A stretch of 64,000 bases of DNA. It comes from Trichinella spiralis. Its lineage: Eukaryota. A program made the position numbers and the translations under genes. The stretch covers positions 4,806,479-4,870,478 of the forward strand of contig NW_003526944.1 of assembly GCF_000181795.1 (NCBI RefSeq). Reading direction: 5' to 3'. Of this stretch, positions 41,438 to 55,820 are shown one piece after another. Positions within the stretch are counted from its first letter, which is position 1. Each line of letters begins with the position of its first letter. The notes beneath the pieces were generated by a model. That model worked only from the letters and a program-made list of their open reading frames with translations. It was not told where the DNA came from and did not search any database.

Positions 41438-42889
41438 CTCGACACAGTTAATGCATCTGTAATGATAACTTAAATTTATACCGTATTTAAAAATCAAGTA
41501 ACAATAATATATACAGTAACAAAAATATTTATTACCTTATTGTATTACTTGCATGACTGAAGTAAATTATTGACTTTCTTATTGTGCTAAATTTAAGCAA
41601 TAAACAAGCATAATATCCATTGAAGAATTCAAATAAACATGCTGCTAATGAGCAGTATGAGGCTATGTTAAAGCGAATATAATAAATATTCCATTACAGT
41701 CGCCATTATAGATTGAGAAATGTTGTAGTATAATTTTCTCACTAACACTGCTTTATTTACATACTGCATTCAATGAAAATACATAACAAAATCTAAACAA
41801 CTAAAAGACGCCTAAAATATCAAAGAATTTTATTCATTTCTCTAGTGTTATGGATAACAGAAATAAAAATATACATTAAATATTTTAATATGTCATATGA
41901 GTTTCGTAGAATCATAGAAATGACATTGAGATTTTATAATAACTGTACTTTTAGCATTAAAATTCGAATCGTAATATTTATCAAGTAATATTTCATTATT
42001 AGCAGCAAAATTTAAAAAAGAAGTGATATTGAAATAATAATATTCATTAATTATGTTTTATTGCTTTTGCTGTTATTTGTTCCGATTACAGAATATGTGT
42101 CTCTTTTTTTAATTATTTTTTCAATAAAATTGTACTGTATAATTTGAACTTGCAATAACTTAAAATAATGACCTCAACATAAGCAGCAAATGTAATGTAA
42201 ATGTTAAGAAAAAAAAGATTTTTTTCAACGTTGACTGTTATGTATTTCCATGTATTTTTACAAAAATTAATGGTAATTTTGTTCTTACTTTTTAATTATT
42301 AATTTTTCAGTTCAGAATACATGTCGAATGACATATTTTCAAATAATAATTTTTTATTTTTCTTGAAATAAATAAATAAAATGATTTATGAAAAATTGAA
42401 CGTGATTGTCAGTTTTCTGTATAAATTTACAAAATGCTGTAAAATTGATTTGCTGTTCCTAATTATAGCTCGAGGTTGTTTTATTGGGGATCAGAAATTT
42501 TGAAATTAATTTTTAATTATATTCATTCAACGCCTCCTTCCACGTTGGATATTGTGTTGTTGGTCCGTGGTATTAATTAAATTTGTTGTTTGGAATTACG
42601 TCATCATTGTTGAAACGCAAGGCCCTTAATTTGTTTCGGTCGTTGCATCCCAAGCGATTGTTACTTGTTTCGTCCGGTTTATGTGATTGTTCTTGTTCTT
42701 ATTGACGAAGTAGAGCGTCACTATTACTTATTTTACGATTCTTCGCCTTTCACAACTGTTATTTAAGCAGTTTCATTCTCAGCAGTGTAGGAGGAATTGT
42801 AAAAAGGAAGCCTTTTTCGAAATATTGTCTCCTTATTGAAGTGCACGTTTTATTGACAGACGTAATCACTTTAGAAGCTTAAGTTAGAG

Positions 42890-45800
42890 ATGGAATTTCC
42901 ATTACAATTGTTCAACGTTACGATTCCCGCACGCAAGCGAATTCGTCTGGTATGTGTGCATGTGTTATTTCTAACTTTTCTCATTAATAATTTCATTATT
43001 CAATTATTAATATCTTTTATGATAAAAGTTCAATTCTTATTTTCCAAACAAATGAAAGTGAGTTGATTAACAAGTTAAATACATTTTTTTCTTACTTTTT
43101 CAACAATTGATATTATAATGATTGGAATAAAATGAACAATAGGACAGTAATAAAATGAAAGTATTTTGCAATTAATTCATCTCACTTTGCTGAAATGATT
43201 TCAGTAAATAGATTTTCGTTTCGGTCTATTTTGAATGCTCTGTCTACGTGCAGCCTTCCTCATTTTCTCTTTTACGTACAGCTTGGCCTGCATTTGTGAA
43301 TTAGACAAGTGTTGAAAAGTGAAATATGCCCTGATTGCGACGTTCGACCTCAGCTTATTTCTGTTTCATTTCAATTTAGAACAGTTTGTATTAGAGAAAT
43401 GCTTTTTTTTCTAACAAAGGTGAAAATTGTTACTTTACATTATTACTATTGATCAGTTTTTCTTTTTCAATTACTTATTCTATAATTATTTAAGCGAAAT
43501 TCACCAACTCGTGTTAGTAATTATCTTAAGAAGGAAATAATAATAACAAACAACTTAGTACGAAGTGGAATTGTAATTTTATGATTCACTTTTATAAATA
43601 TATAATTTTGAAAATCAAATTCCGTTAAAACTTGGACAATCGAATAGAGAATATTTATATTGATGAATGTTTCAATTGCAGCCGAATGGCTGTAATTAAT
43701 TGAAATGCTTCCCAAATGGATGATTGTCAGTGATTGAAAATATTTTCCAAACATTGTTTTTAAATTTAAATTTTTAGGAATCGCGAGCCACCAACATTAC
43801 ACCCCAAAGTCACCGCGTGACGCGTGAGCAACGCGCTCAAGCGTTGGGCAAATATCCAAATTTTCGTGGATGCACCATCTGGTTTACAGGTTTATATATT
43901 TCTTTTTTTCAAATTTAAATTGTTTAAAATAATTGTTCATTGGTTTTTCAGGTTTGAGTGGATCAGGAAAGACGACAATTTCATTCGCATTGGAAAAAGT
44001 GCTCTGCTCCGTCGGCTTGCCTGCTTATGGCTTGGATGGTGACAACATGAGACATGGGATTTGCAAAAATTTAGGCTTCTCTGAAGAAGATCGAGAAGAG
44101 AACATTCGTCGAGTAGCAGAAGTGGCGAAACTGTTTGCAGATCTAGGCATCATCGCTCTCGCTTCATTTATCAGTCCATTTGAAAGAGTAAGCTGTTGTT
44201 GTTGTTGTTTATTGGTTTCATCAAGTCGATTGGTTTCAGGATCGTCGTAGAGCTCGTAAAATACACGAGGATAGTGGTTTAATATTTATCGAATGTTTCA
44301 TCGACACACCGTTGGAAGTGTGCGAACGTCGCGATCCCAAAGGATTATATGAGAAAGCGCGTGTTGGGAAAATTTTGGATTTTACCGGCATTGATTCGGC
44401 TTATGAAGTTCCAGAGAATCCAGAACTGATTTTACACGCTGCCGAAGAGACCGTCATTCAGTGTGTACAAAGAGTATTACAGTATCTGCACGAACGAGTA
44501 AGCAGAGTTGAACGAAAATTGTTAATATATATATATATTAGCATAATTGTAATGCCCGTTGCAGGGAATTTTCCCAGACGAAGCGTTGATGCGCCTCGGT
44601 GGCAAAGTGCGTGAATTGTTTGTCGACGAAAGCGAACGACTCAGACTGGAGGCAAGCTTGTCGCAGATGCCGAAGCTGAGCTTAGAAAAGGTGTAAGGAT
44701 ATTGTTCTGATTCTATAACATCGAACGCCATGTTCTTTCCTAGATCGACCTGCAATGGCTGCAGGTATTGTCTGAAGGTTGGGCGACACCGTTGTCCGGT
44801 TTCATGACCGAAACGCAATATTTGCAAACGTTGCATTTCAATCAGCTAATTGAAGGTAATTAATTAATTAATAATTATTTGAAAATTTAATTATTTCTAA
44901 ATTTTCAGAAAATACAATCAGCCAATCGATTCCAATAGTACTGCCTGTAACCAGCGAAGAGAAAGCGAAGCTAGAAAATGCCGATTTGATCGCACTTTGC
45001 TACGACGGACACACGATTGCCATTTTGCTGAAGCCAGAATTTTACCCGCATCGTAAAGAGGAACGATGTGCCAGACAATTTGGCACTTGTCATCTTGGCC
45101 ATCCGACGGTGAAGGTAAATGATGAAATGAAATTATTCTCACGGTTTGTGTTTTCAGCATGTTCAGGATTAATGTTGAAAATTTTTTGATGAATTTTAAA
45201 TTTGTTCATTTTTCAAAGATGATCATGCAAGCCGGCGATTGGCTAGTTGGCGGAGAAGTGAAAACTTTGAAACCTATAAAGTGGAACGACGGTTTGGATC
45301 AGTACCGTTTGACGCCGATGGAAATTCGTCAACGATTGGTGGAAATGGGCGCCGATGCGATTTTCGCTTTTCAACTGCGCAATCCAATCCACAACGGCCA
45401 CGCCTTGCTTATGAACGACACGAAACGGACGTTGATCAGTCGTGGCTACAAGCGTCCAGTTTTACTGCTTCATCCACTCGGTGGATGGACAAAAGATGAC
45501 GACGTTCCATTGGCAGGTTGTCCAATGTTGTTGTTGGTGGTGTGGATGAATTTTGCTTAATTTTCTCTCTTGTATTTTCTTTTCAGTTCGAATGAAGCAA
45601 CACCAAACGTTGCTCGAAGAAGGGGTCTTGGATCCGGAAAGCACGTTGTTGGCAATATTTCCATCACCGATGCTTTACGCTGGTCCGACGGAAGTGATGT
45701 GGCATGCCAGAGCTCGCATGGCCGCTGGAATTCACTTTTACATCGTCGGTCGCGATCCTGCTGGAATTCAACATCCAGACACAGGCGATTATTTGTACGA

Positions 45801-46144
45801 CCCGACGCACGGAAGCAAAGTACTTAATTTAACTATTACAATTGAATTTCTGTTTCTGTTGTTCAGTTGAAAATGCAATTTTCATTACAACACAGATTTT
45901 GTCCATGACACCCGGCCTTGGTGATGTGGAAATTTTACCATTCAAAGTGGCTGCCTATAATAAACGAACGCAACAGATGGATTATTTCGATCCCAGTCGA
46001 AAAGAGGAATTCGATTTCATCTCCGGATCGAGGATGCGAAAAATTGCTCGAGAAGGTGCCCAACCGCCGGACGGATTCATGGCACCCAAAGCTTGGGAAG
46101 TTCTTGCCAACTATTATCGCAGCTTACAAAATACTGTACAATAA
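42890..46144 (+). CDS. PAPSS: Bifunctional PAPS synthase (APS kinase plus ATP sulfurylase)
   Basis: Exon 1 ends RKRIRL (NLS-like). [92 protein letters not shown]. Confidence 0.97.
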
Positions 46145-46874
46145 TAATCTACAAAAGCAAAGCAATAAGAAGAAAAAGAACACAAGCATTAAACATATAA
46201 AAGCATGATTGAGAAACTTTATCACATCGATTCGATTGTTTTTTTTTGTTTTTCTGGTAATGTGATTTGGTTCTATATCCGTGCCTGCCTTTTTTTCTTA
46301 CAAGAAATGTTTTACCAAATTTTATCATATATCTTGGTACAGTTTCATTTATTGTTCGTTATGGATGTGTTTATATTAAAAATTATCACGATAATCTGTA
46401 AATTTTGATTTTATTATTTCGTTTCTTTCGTGTTAACTTTAACCTGCGTACAGTCCCTTTTTGAAACTGGGAAACACAGCCAATTGGAAAAAAATCAATA
46501 ATTCTTGAAAATAAGTTTGATACAGTATGCTTGACAGAAAAAGTATACGATATTCAAGGTTTACATTTGCAATTATATACTACAGTTGAGCAAAATAATG
46601 GAAAATCACAAATAAAAAATATCGAATTTTGGACGGATATTTTCTTTTATTTAGCATAAATGTCTAGTGCAACAAAAAAAATCGCCACTGAAGGACACGA
46701 AAATACTAAAAAAACAAAATGGAGCGAGACACAGTGAGCCAATTTATTGTACAAGTTTGAAATTTGAAAACTTATCAATTGCCCCATTTGAAAAAAACAA
46801 TCCTATGCCAGACGCAAAATGGAACTTTGAAAAGTAAAAGCAATAAATAATTGAACAAAAAGAGAAATAAGTTC

Positions 46875-47993
46875 TTACGCTGTATTGGCAGTGTAAATGA
46901 TTTTGTAGCCGAATTTTTCACTTCTGCTGCTCGTCTGCGGCTTGGCACAAGTACAGCTTACCGGCAAGAAGAGAAGCACATTTTGGCCGGGCTTGACGTC
47001 GGTGAGCATGTCGAGCTCACAGTCGACCAGGTTCGGATCTCGTTCCAGAACGTCCAAAGGCAAAAATGAGTGCAATTTCAGCCGGCTCAGCGGTTCGCAG
47101 TGTTCGTGGATGTGCACCAGAAGCGCTATTGTGCAAGTGTCGCATTCTGGCCGTACAGCTTCGGTATGTTTGGGCGCCAGCCGTGGATGGACGACGTCTT
47201 CAACATTTGCAATAAGCTGTTGTTCTTGCTGTTGTTGTTGTTGTTGTTGTTGTTGTTGCTTGCGTTTAGCTTTGATGGGAATTTTGACTTGGAAAAAATG
47301 CATTCTCTGTATGTGCCTTTTCAGCTGAGTGCTGTCGACGACCTGCTCACAGTGGATGCAGACTCGCTTGCCGGGCTCCAACTGCTTGGGAGAACTTGGA
47401 ACTCGTTGCTCTTTGTGCACTCTTCTGCAATGCCGTTCCACTTGTACCCGTTGACCGAACAACTGTCGACAGACCACACATTTCCAACGCAGGCGACCAT
47501 GCTGCGATTGGTAATGGATTTCCAGCACGAATCTCCTTCTGAATGCCATGTTGCAGTAGCAGCAGACGAAAGTCCGCTTACCGCTGTGCCACTGGATGTG
47601 GTTGTCGAACTGTTGTCTGGTGGAAAAATTAGTCCTGCCACAAATTTTGCATCGATAATTGGGCTGGTCGGTCGAAACGCCGGCACCGCTGTGCATCACC
47701 TTGCAATGGCGGTGACGTTCGTATGCGGTGCGGAACAGTTTCAAGCAGACCAAACATTTGAACCATTTTTCGGCAGATGACGACGAACTCGACATGTGGA
47801 ATCTTTCCACGTGACGGTCCAGATGTGGTTTTTGCTTGAAAGCGAGCTCGCACTGCTGACACTGATATGGACGTTGGTCATTATGACAAAGCATGTGACG
47901 AAGAAGATGACTGCGCCGGGCGAACGCCTTCTTGCACAATTTGCACTGTTTCTCATTTGTGCCCTCACTTTCACCACTTTCCTGCTGGTCCAT
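46875..47993 (-). CDS. C2H2 zinc-finger protein with a polyQ tract
   Basis: Seven CxxC...HxxxH fingers (CKLC, CQQC, CLVC, CKIC, CCYC, CVVC, CIHC), an HNDQRPY linker and a Q-rich tract encoded at about 47218-47259. First in-frame ATG is 47993. Confidence 0.85.
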   Translation of the reverse strand: MDQQESGESEGTNEKQCKLCKKAFARRSHLLRHMLCHNDQRPYQCQQCELAFKQKPHLDRHVERFHMSSSSSSAEKWFKCLVCLKLFRTAYERHRHCKVMHSGAGVSTDQPNYRCKICGRTNFSTRQQFDNHIQWHSGKRTFVCCYCNMAFRRRFVLEIHYQSQHGRLRWKCVVCRQLFGQRVQVERHCRRVHKEQRVPSSPKQLEPGKRVCIHCEQVVDSTQLKRHIQRMHFFQVKIPIKAKRKQQQQQQQQQQQEQQLIANVEDVVHPRLAPKHTEAVRPECDTCTIALLVHIHEHCEPLSRLKLHSFLPLDVLERDPNLVDCELDMLTDVKPGQNVLLFLPVSCTCAKPQTSSRSEKFGYKIIYTANTA

Positions 47994-48840
47994 CGTCGTG
48001 AAAATACCAATACCCTCCTTCACAGTGGTATTGAAACGTTTATTCCACAAAAATTATCACATAACATATCGAAATATAAACACATCACAAATACTTGTCT
48101 GTAAACTTTTTCAATCGATCAATATCATCAGCAACACTTTTCAACTTGAAATTGAAAGAAAACTAAAATTGTACAAAAAGAATTCGTGTGATTTACTCAG
48201 TTAATTCGAACTAGCTGTTGTTATACATGGTAAATATTTTAAATGTTAAAATTTTAAAAACAACTGAGAGATTAATTAATTTTCACTTACGTAAATTTCA
48301 ACAACTGCTATTAATTGTTCTCAGTTTGTAATAAAAGGGAGAAAAAATTGTTTAAAACATTTATTACAATGTTTACTGTAATACAGTAAGATACCACTTT
48401 GTGTGACTTTGCTGTCATGTTATTAAACTGGCTACGAAATGAAATTGCTAAATTTTTCAATCTACCATTTATAAGAATAAATTTCTGCCAACTCAAACAA
48501 TTAATAAATATAAAAAATGAAAATCAAGTAGAATTCTGTAATTACATTTACAGCATGATTATACATACTAGTAGAATGTTTACTTTGTATTATTGAAATG
48601 TAAAAATTTTTTAAATTATCTTCAATTTACCTAACCGTACGTTTGTGTATCATTTCTGCTGTGGAAGTATATTTCGCTTTCACGGGAGAATGCATTGACC
48701 AACGGTGAAAATTGAACGTATTGATTACAAGTATTGAAATTAATCAAACAATTCAAAATGTATAATTTTCAAATGAATACTTGAATTTTAATTGGAAAAT
48801 AGGACAACATTTCAATTTATTGTCTATAAGAATAAATTTA

Positions 48841-51158
48841 TTAATATTTCGTCACTACTCCTTGATCGTAAATAAACGATTGACCAGCTTTCAATTTTGG
48901 ATTAATCTCAAGTGGAACTAAAATTGGATAAAAGACTACAAGTGCAATCATTGCTGATAATGCGAACACGATCGTCTCGATCCAAACAACCAACGGGCCC
49001 CTGGTGGTGAATATTTTCCTTCAAAACAGTTTATCAAAAAGAAACTTTTACAATTGCATTTCACATACATAGTAACCACGGGACTGATAAGCCGCGCCAA
49101 ACTTCCGGAAGATGTCAAGACGCTTTGCAAAGTTGCCTGAATAAAATTAAAATTTATTAAAGCGGTTTGAAATTTGCAATTAATTTTTCTCAACCAATCA
49201 CCTGCTGTCTGGGTCCAATAACATTTGCATACAATGTTGATAATGCTACATTGACAGGAGGAAAGCCGAGGAAAATTCCCAGAACACCAATTACAAATGC
49301 ATACAACGGAACCACCTTGGTCCACTGACACCACACAAACTGGCTGTCACAGCCGACCGGACTTGCGGTGGAATTATTTGTCGACAAGTTTTCACCTTGA
49401 AAAATTAAATTCAAGATCAAACAAATTGTTTCAACAATGCAACTATTGTTTGTCCAACTTTGTATGACAATTTGATCAGGCCAAAAATCGTACGGCAAAG
49501 AGACGAGCAGTGCGATCAAAGTGATCACAAGACCGCAGAAAATTAGACGACGACAATCGAATCTAAATCGATCTTACTTGTTGCATACGTATAATATGCA
49601 AATTTAGACAAAATGCATACCTGTGAAAGTAGAATACATACAAGATGTAGATGAGCACGGACAAAGCGGAACCGACACCAACCAGTATACTAACATACAA
49701 AGTGGCTTCTTCTCTGCTCCATTGAAAATAGATCATGCTGAGTGGTGTTGAAATTCTTAAACAATTCATTTGCATAAAATTGCTTTAAGATGGAAAGAAA
49801 AAGGAAAACAACAAACGAACGAACGTGTCTAAATTGACGAGAACAGTGTACACACAAAACCAACACCAAATCAACGCACCGACTGCCCATTTGCTGTACA
49901 ACGGAATAACGTCTAAGAAGTCTAAAAAGTAATTTATTTCACTTGGACATTGTCATTTAAATTGAACAATAAAAAACCTGACAATCATTATGGTTAATGT
50001 CAAAAATTTGCATATGAAATATTTATTTTCTTTTTTCTTAAATGTGATTTAAAATTATTCCATTCCAAGATATCAGTGGACAAATAAGAACGTCTGTGAA
50101 GTATTTTCATTGAAGTAGTTATTTTATCAGTATAAAAAAATAAATTTACTTGTTGTTTGATGTTCTTTCAGACCGGCGTAGACTTCTTCAAAATTGAACC
50201 ATATCAACGCGAAAGATAACATAAATAGAACATTGACAATGTAAGCTGGCGCAGTGTACAAGTTGAAATGAAAAACACTGTACACATATCCGGGGTAGCT
50301 GATGAATGATACTGCGGCTTGTAAAGCTGAAAAATGATACTTATCAATTATGAAATTGAAACACATTAAATTTCACCTGGTCCGGCGATGAAGCCGAAAG
50401 ACATGCAAGCAGTGGCCACCGATATGGCACGACCGCGTTCACTTTGTTTGCTTGAAACGGCCACGTAAGCGCTCGCAGTTCCGTTCATTCCTACGTTGGA
50501 TACAGGCAAACATTAACCAGCATGCTAATTTTTGCGTGCAAAATTACCAGCAGCCAAACCCATAAACAGTCGGGCAATCAAGAGAACGAATCTTTGATTA
50601 GTTTGAAACAGCTCTGCGGAAATGTACATCGTATTGGCTATAATTGCTGTGACGATGCAAATCAAAAATATTGTCCGGCACTGTTTAGTCCGATTGCTCC
50701 AAAATCCCAACAAAGGAGCACAGACTAGCTGACCAAGACTGTAAGCGGATATTGTCCAGCCGAAGAACAGAGTTGTCGCTTGTTGATCAATCTAGAAAGG
50801 GATTTTCATTATATTAAAAAATCCATTTTGAATAATGACTGACTTTTTATTACTTGACTCATGAATGGCCAGAGTGATGAAAAATAAATTGAATATTGCA
50901 AACATTGAAGAAATAGAACATAATCGACAATGATCATGGAACGAATGCGGACGTGATTTGTCGTTTCTTCAACATTAAATGTAGAAATTTCTGGTGCCGA
51001 ACCTTCGAATATTTTACCACTGCTGAAATGTCAACTTCAATTTGCTTATTTAAAAAATTAAAATATTATTTTCAAAAAATTCCTTACCAATGTGTAACGT
51101 TGGTGCGATTTTTAGTGTTGCATACAAGCGTGGGAGAGTTCGAGCTTTTGGATATCAT
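48841..51158 (-). CDS. MFSD8: MFS transporter, MFSD8/CLN7-like
   Basis: Spliced SSLWPFMSQ|IDQQATTLFFGWTISAYSLGQLVCAPLLGFWSNR, ARLFMGLAAG, GFIAGP, FNLYTAPAY, LYANVIGPRQQ, SSGSLARLISP; stop at 48841. Confidence 0.88.
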
Positions 51159-51899
51159 TTTCACAGCACAATAGTGAGACACACTAACAAAAGTTGGGAA
51201 AATTTTAGAAAAAGTAAACAGCCCAAATGTGAAAAATCTACTTCGGAAAACAACTTTCTACTTTGTCTGTTCAAACACACAAACACGAAGCTAATTATTC
51301 AAGTTTGTAGAAAAAAAGTCATTAAATAAAAACAATATGTTCCATATACTTTTGCAAATTATAGCAAGAATATTGTATTCAGCTCAATGAAGACACTTAT
51401 CAAATTTTGATCACATCTGAGCAACAAAAATTTGAATTACACCACTGATTATATACAGTGTGGCCAACAACTGTATACCTACGTCATAACGAACCAATGA
51501 TAAAAAGAAAATTTGAAAACTTTCGCGCCTTTCTGTAGGCAACGGCACGATTCATTTCAAAACATACTTCAAAATTATTCTCAGCAATATAATGCATCTT
51601 TTCTAAAATTTTTCTATCAGCTTTTCATAATGCAAATTGTGTAGATAAAAATATTTGTTTATATTAACTGTTGACATTTATTTATTTATTTATTACCACG
51701 TCTGCACATTTTGTAAGGAAAAAGTTTCAAATTCAAATCTAATCGACTGGTTGTTTACTTTTGTTAAAATAAATGATAACGCAAAATGTGATTTGGTTGA
51801 AAAAGGCGCCCATACAAGTTTATCTACCGTATATTTTTAATTGCAAACAATGAAATAAAAATCACGTGATAAGCTGATGAAAAATTCAATATCTAATGT

Positions 51900-52250
51900 C
51901 TATTCTTCATCTGTCAAAGTAAACCAGTATCCACAACGGCAACGTCGAGGAAAACCTTTACGAAGCCACATGTAGTGAATGTACAACTGGCTCGGTTCGC
52001 ATATGCAGCCGATCAAACGGTTTTCAAACGCACTGGGCACCATGTTCGGTTGCTCTTTCGAGCCAACGCCCCGTTTGAAATAGGCCGGTCCAAAGTCGTA
52101 ATCGCCACGAAGTTGGGAAATCAGCTCGGCACGCTGCTCGCCATAGATACCTTCGATGGGATGTTGCATGTGGCTTGCGGCACGCTGAGCCGCGGTTTTG
52201 TGCAACGAGCGAACACCGCTCCAAGCGCCGACAAAAACTGTTTTCAGCAT
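51900..52250 (-). CDS. COX5B: Cytochrome c oxidase subunit 5B
   Basis: Basic presequence MLKTVF..RSLHKTAAQR; GSKEQPNMVPS..ENRLIGCICE..MWLRKGFPRRCRCGYWF with four Zn-binding Cys. An in-frame TGA upstream fixes the ATG at 52250. Confidence 0.93.
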   Translation of the reverse strand: MLKTVFVGAWSGVRSLHKTAAQRAASHMQHPIEGIYGEQRAELISQLRGDYDFGPAYFKRGVGSKEQPNMVPSAFENRLIGCICEPSQLYIHYMWLRKGFPRRCRCGYWFTLTDEE

Positions 52251-52929
52251 CGTCAAACCCACTGGTCAATGTTCTAAAAAAATTACAAAATATTTTTATT
52301 CAAATTTCACTTTTCACACAATCACACCCAAAAACTAGAACGTTTGTTTTAAAAAAATAACGCGTTCATAACATTGAAATGACGTTACACTGTTGTTGTT
52401 GTTGAATAACTAATAAAAGTTACTTAACGTCATTCTGAAATCAAATTCGAAATTTTCAAAAGCATCATCAATGAACACTTGAAACACCTGACCCAAAGTT
52501 TAAGTTCAAAGAAACATACATCGACAACAAAAGAAAACAATCAGAATTCTAAATTAATTACTTTGTAATAGTGAAAGCTTAAATATAAAAGTAAGAAATT
52601 TTTATTTATAAAAATACCTCAACTGTACAACTGTAAAATTTTTGAAACAGCAATTGAGCAATTAACTGAATAATTCAACTTTTCACAATCGCAAATTAAC
52701 TTACAGTAGGAATACAGTAATGTAAACATTGAAAGAACAATTGTTTATCGGATGCAATTGGTTTAAATTTAAGAATGAAGCTTTCTTCACTTTATAATCT
52801 TTTACTATTCTTCGAATTGACTCAGTAGGTGAAGGCGATTTGCATTAGAAATAAATGTTATCAAAAATGTTCATTTCACTTCATTTTTTACTTTTCTCTC
52901 ATCAGTATAAAAATTCAAAGTTTCATAAT

Positions 52930-53260
52930 TCAAATAATTAAATTTTTTATGTTCAGTGAGCAATTCAATATCTGAGATATAAGCTCTTGCTTCACAGACT
53001 CGGGTACAGCCTCACGAGCTAGGGGCAACCAATGCTGCTGCAAAGAAGTAAGCGACACCTTTCCTGAGCCTTCTTCCAACGCTTGACGAAAAATCTCACG
53101 CCACTGAAAGAATGAATTAAAAAATCTAGCTGCAGAACAATATTTCAAATACCTTCTCCTGTACACCGTATTCTTCCAAGCGAATACGAAGAATTTCGGC
53201 AAGAATCAAGTATTTTCCAGACTTACGCAATTCTTTTTCCAAATCTTCAGCTCTAATCAT
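52930..53260 (-). CDS. ENY2: ENY2/Sus1 (SAGA DUB module and TREX-2 subunit), two exons
   Basis: MIRAEDLEKELRKSGKYLILAEILRIRLEEYGVQEK|WREIF...PLAREAVPESVKQELISQI resembles ENY2 L..LR..L.ECGW..P..R..VPDSVKKELL..I. Confidence 0.8.
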
Positions 53261-54118
53261 GTCGATGAACTGACAAAGAAGGATTTTTACTTTCTAATTA
53301 ATTTATCAATTTAAAACTTTTCCATCTTTTACAAGTTTATGTCTTTTCAAAACAGTTTTTCACAATTGAATAATAAAAGAATAATCACTTAAATCTGACG
53401 GACAAGATAACCACATGAGGAGACATTAAATAAGCAAATTAAATTTCATGTTAAATGTAAAGTAAATTAAAAACTATAAACTTGAACTATAAATTAACTA
53501 CAACTGAAATAACAGCTCGCCACTTGTCAGTGAAAGTAAATTTATAGGCTCTTCTTGGGATAAAATTTACTATACGCATACCTACATTCCTTATATACTA
53601 GAATGAATTATATTACCAAGAATTATAGCGAGCTTTCAATGTACTGTAACTCTGCCTTATAAAGTAATGCAGGTATTATTAAAGAGCAACTGCGCATACA
53701 GAATTCATTGGGCATACGCTGATTAGATAAATTTAGACAAGTTCGAACACATTTCTACCGCTTTCAGGTAGCATCTATTTATAAGCACGGCATGACAACA
53801 TGTGCTTATTAACCGACAAAGATACTGTAAAAAGCATTCAGCTATTTAAATTTATACATTTGACCCAAAAAATGTAATGTTCTTTTAACTGTTTTTATAA
53901 AACAATAAAAAATATAGTGAATAAACGATGTTTTTGATCATTTCCACTAATTCATATAATCAATGTTCTAAAAATACACACATTTTTATTTTATTAAAAT
54001 TGGTCATCGAAAGCTGACAATATAGAACGACGAGCACTTGTTCAGACAGCACAAAAACGGTTAAATATCAATTTCACAAATTTCGAATTCGAAGATCATA
54101 TATTTGCCAATAAATTTT

Positions 54119-55422
54119 TCAGCGTCGTTTTCTCAAGTCTGGATTTTCAGGAGGGCTGCTTTTCTAAAAACATTGGTAACAGTCAATATCGGATTAAACT
54201 TCAGTTTTTCACAGCAATATGCCTTCAGCGTTTCTAACGAATAAATTCAATCATAGTAACTAGTGAAGTACTTACAGTGGTGTTCTCCTCATTTGCGCCG
54301 TTTTGTCCTAAAATTAATTTTTAACAAAAATGAACATAAATTTTCAATCATTAACCAAAAAAAATAATCACTACCATTCGTCGGATAAGGTGGTGCAGTT
54401 GCACTGGGAGTTGGAATCGGCGGATAATTGAAACTAGTGGCAGCAGCTTCATACGGCGGTGGATTAGCTGGCATAGCGGTATAAGCCCCACCTGCAGATG
54501 CGGTTGCGGGAGTGGAAACGAATAAACCGGTATACGGTGGGGGTGCCGAAGTGACAAAAACAACTCCCGCTAAAAGAATTCAATAAAAAGATTAATAAGT
54601 AAATCAGAAAAAAAACTGATTGAAACATTTACGTGGTGGTGGTTCAAATGCTTGATAAGGAATGTTCACTCCGTATACATTAGCAGATTGACACATATAA
54701 TACGGAGGTGGCTGTTGAAATATATCACCGCCCACAGCAACGTATGGTGGTGGAGAATTGTAGCTGTTAACATTTCGAGCTAAAATGGTATAGTATGCAA
54801 AAAATAGTAATCGGAAAGGTGAAAAAAAGATTTCTTACAAACTTCTATCGCTTGTAGCATAGCTTTACCGAACTCTATGCAACCACCATGATTGAAAATT
54901 AATTTGAAATTAGCATCACCAGTCCAATTGCCATTCGGCTGCGCCATAACATCACCTGCCAAATAATTGGCTCCAAAAACGGGCTGCTCAAGCTTAACAT
55001 CACGTAAGCAATGAAATGGAATCGAAAAAGACTGCAGCGGATCCTTTTTACTTTCCGAAGTGAAAATTAACTGAAAAAGAGGAATTTTTATTTCCAACTT
55101 AATATTAATGACGTAATGGACAAAAGAAAAAGTTACGCGATGAGTAGTCAAATACAGTGAACCTGATCTGTTACCATTCAACAAATTTTCTGCTGATTTC
55201 AATCGCAAATTCACTTGTTTTGTGTACAACAAAACTCTAAAATATTCGGTAAAATTATGAGCAAAATTTAACAAAAACAGTTGAAATAATGACCGTCTAC
55301 TTAAAAAAATCTATTTGACTGTCATTTATTTATTTATTTATTTAGTATTTAAAAACTTACAGTTCACCATTGTAGAGTACAATTCCTTTACCGTCAGGTG
55401 TACGATCGACATTTACTGCCAT
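54119..55422 (-). CDS. WBP2: WW domain-binding protein 2-like (GRAM domain plus PPxY motifs)
   Basis: MAVN..., GSLYLTTHR, FSIPF..LEQPVFGANY, FNHGGCIEFGKAM and several PPPY/PPY motifs; last exon KSSPPENPDLRKRR*. Confidence 0.9.
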
Positions 55423-55820
55423 TGAAAATCAGCTAAAAATATTACGCTGGTCGACCAACTTTTAAAATGCAACAAGCTGAATCGCTGTCACAAACAATGC
55501 TGTACCCAATGTAAACATTTGTTGAAAATCAAGTTTGATTTGTTTACTGTGTTTACTTTTGACGATAATTTAAAATTTCAGATAAAAAATTAAACACAAA
55601 AATTCAGTTTATTCAAAATGATTAATTTAATAGCAAAATATATAATACATTGAACAGATAATAATATTTACACTTGAATATATTTTTAACAAGCAACGTG
55701 ATCACTTCAACAAGAAGAATTAAAATTTCAAAAAAGTGACTGGACTAAAATTCATTATTTTACAATTTGTAAAATGAGGAAGAAATATTGCATAATTGGA
55801 TGAGAAATACTTCATAAAAT

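Noticed and set aside
43660..43705. TGATGA plus a 10-bp hairpin in PAPSS intron 1
   Set aside because: No downstream CTGA D box or terminal stem; too short for a pre-miRNA.
47070..47780. 236-aa plus-strand ORF with poly-Leu
   Set aside because: Reverse complement of the zinc-finger polyQ exon.
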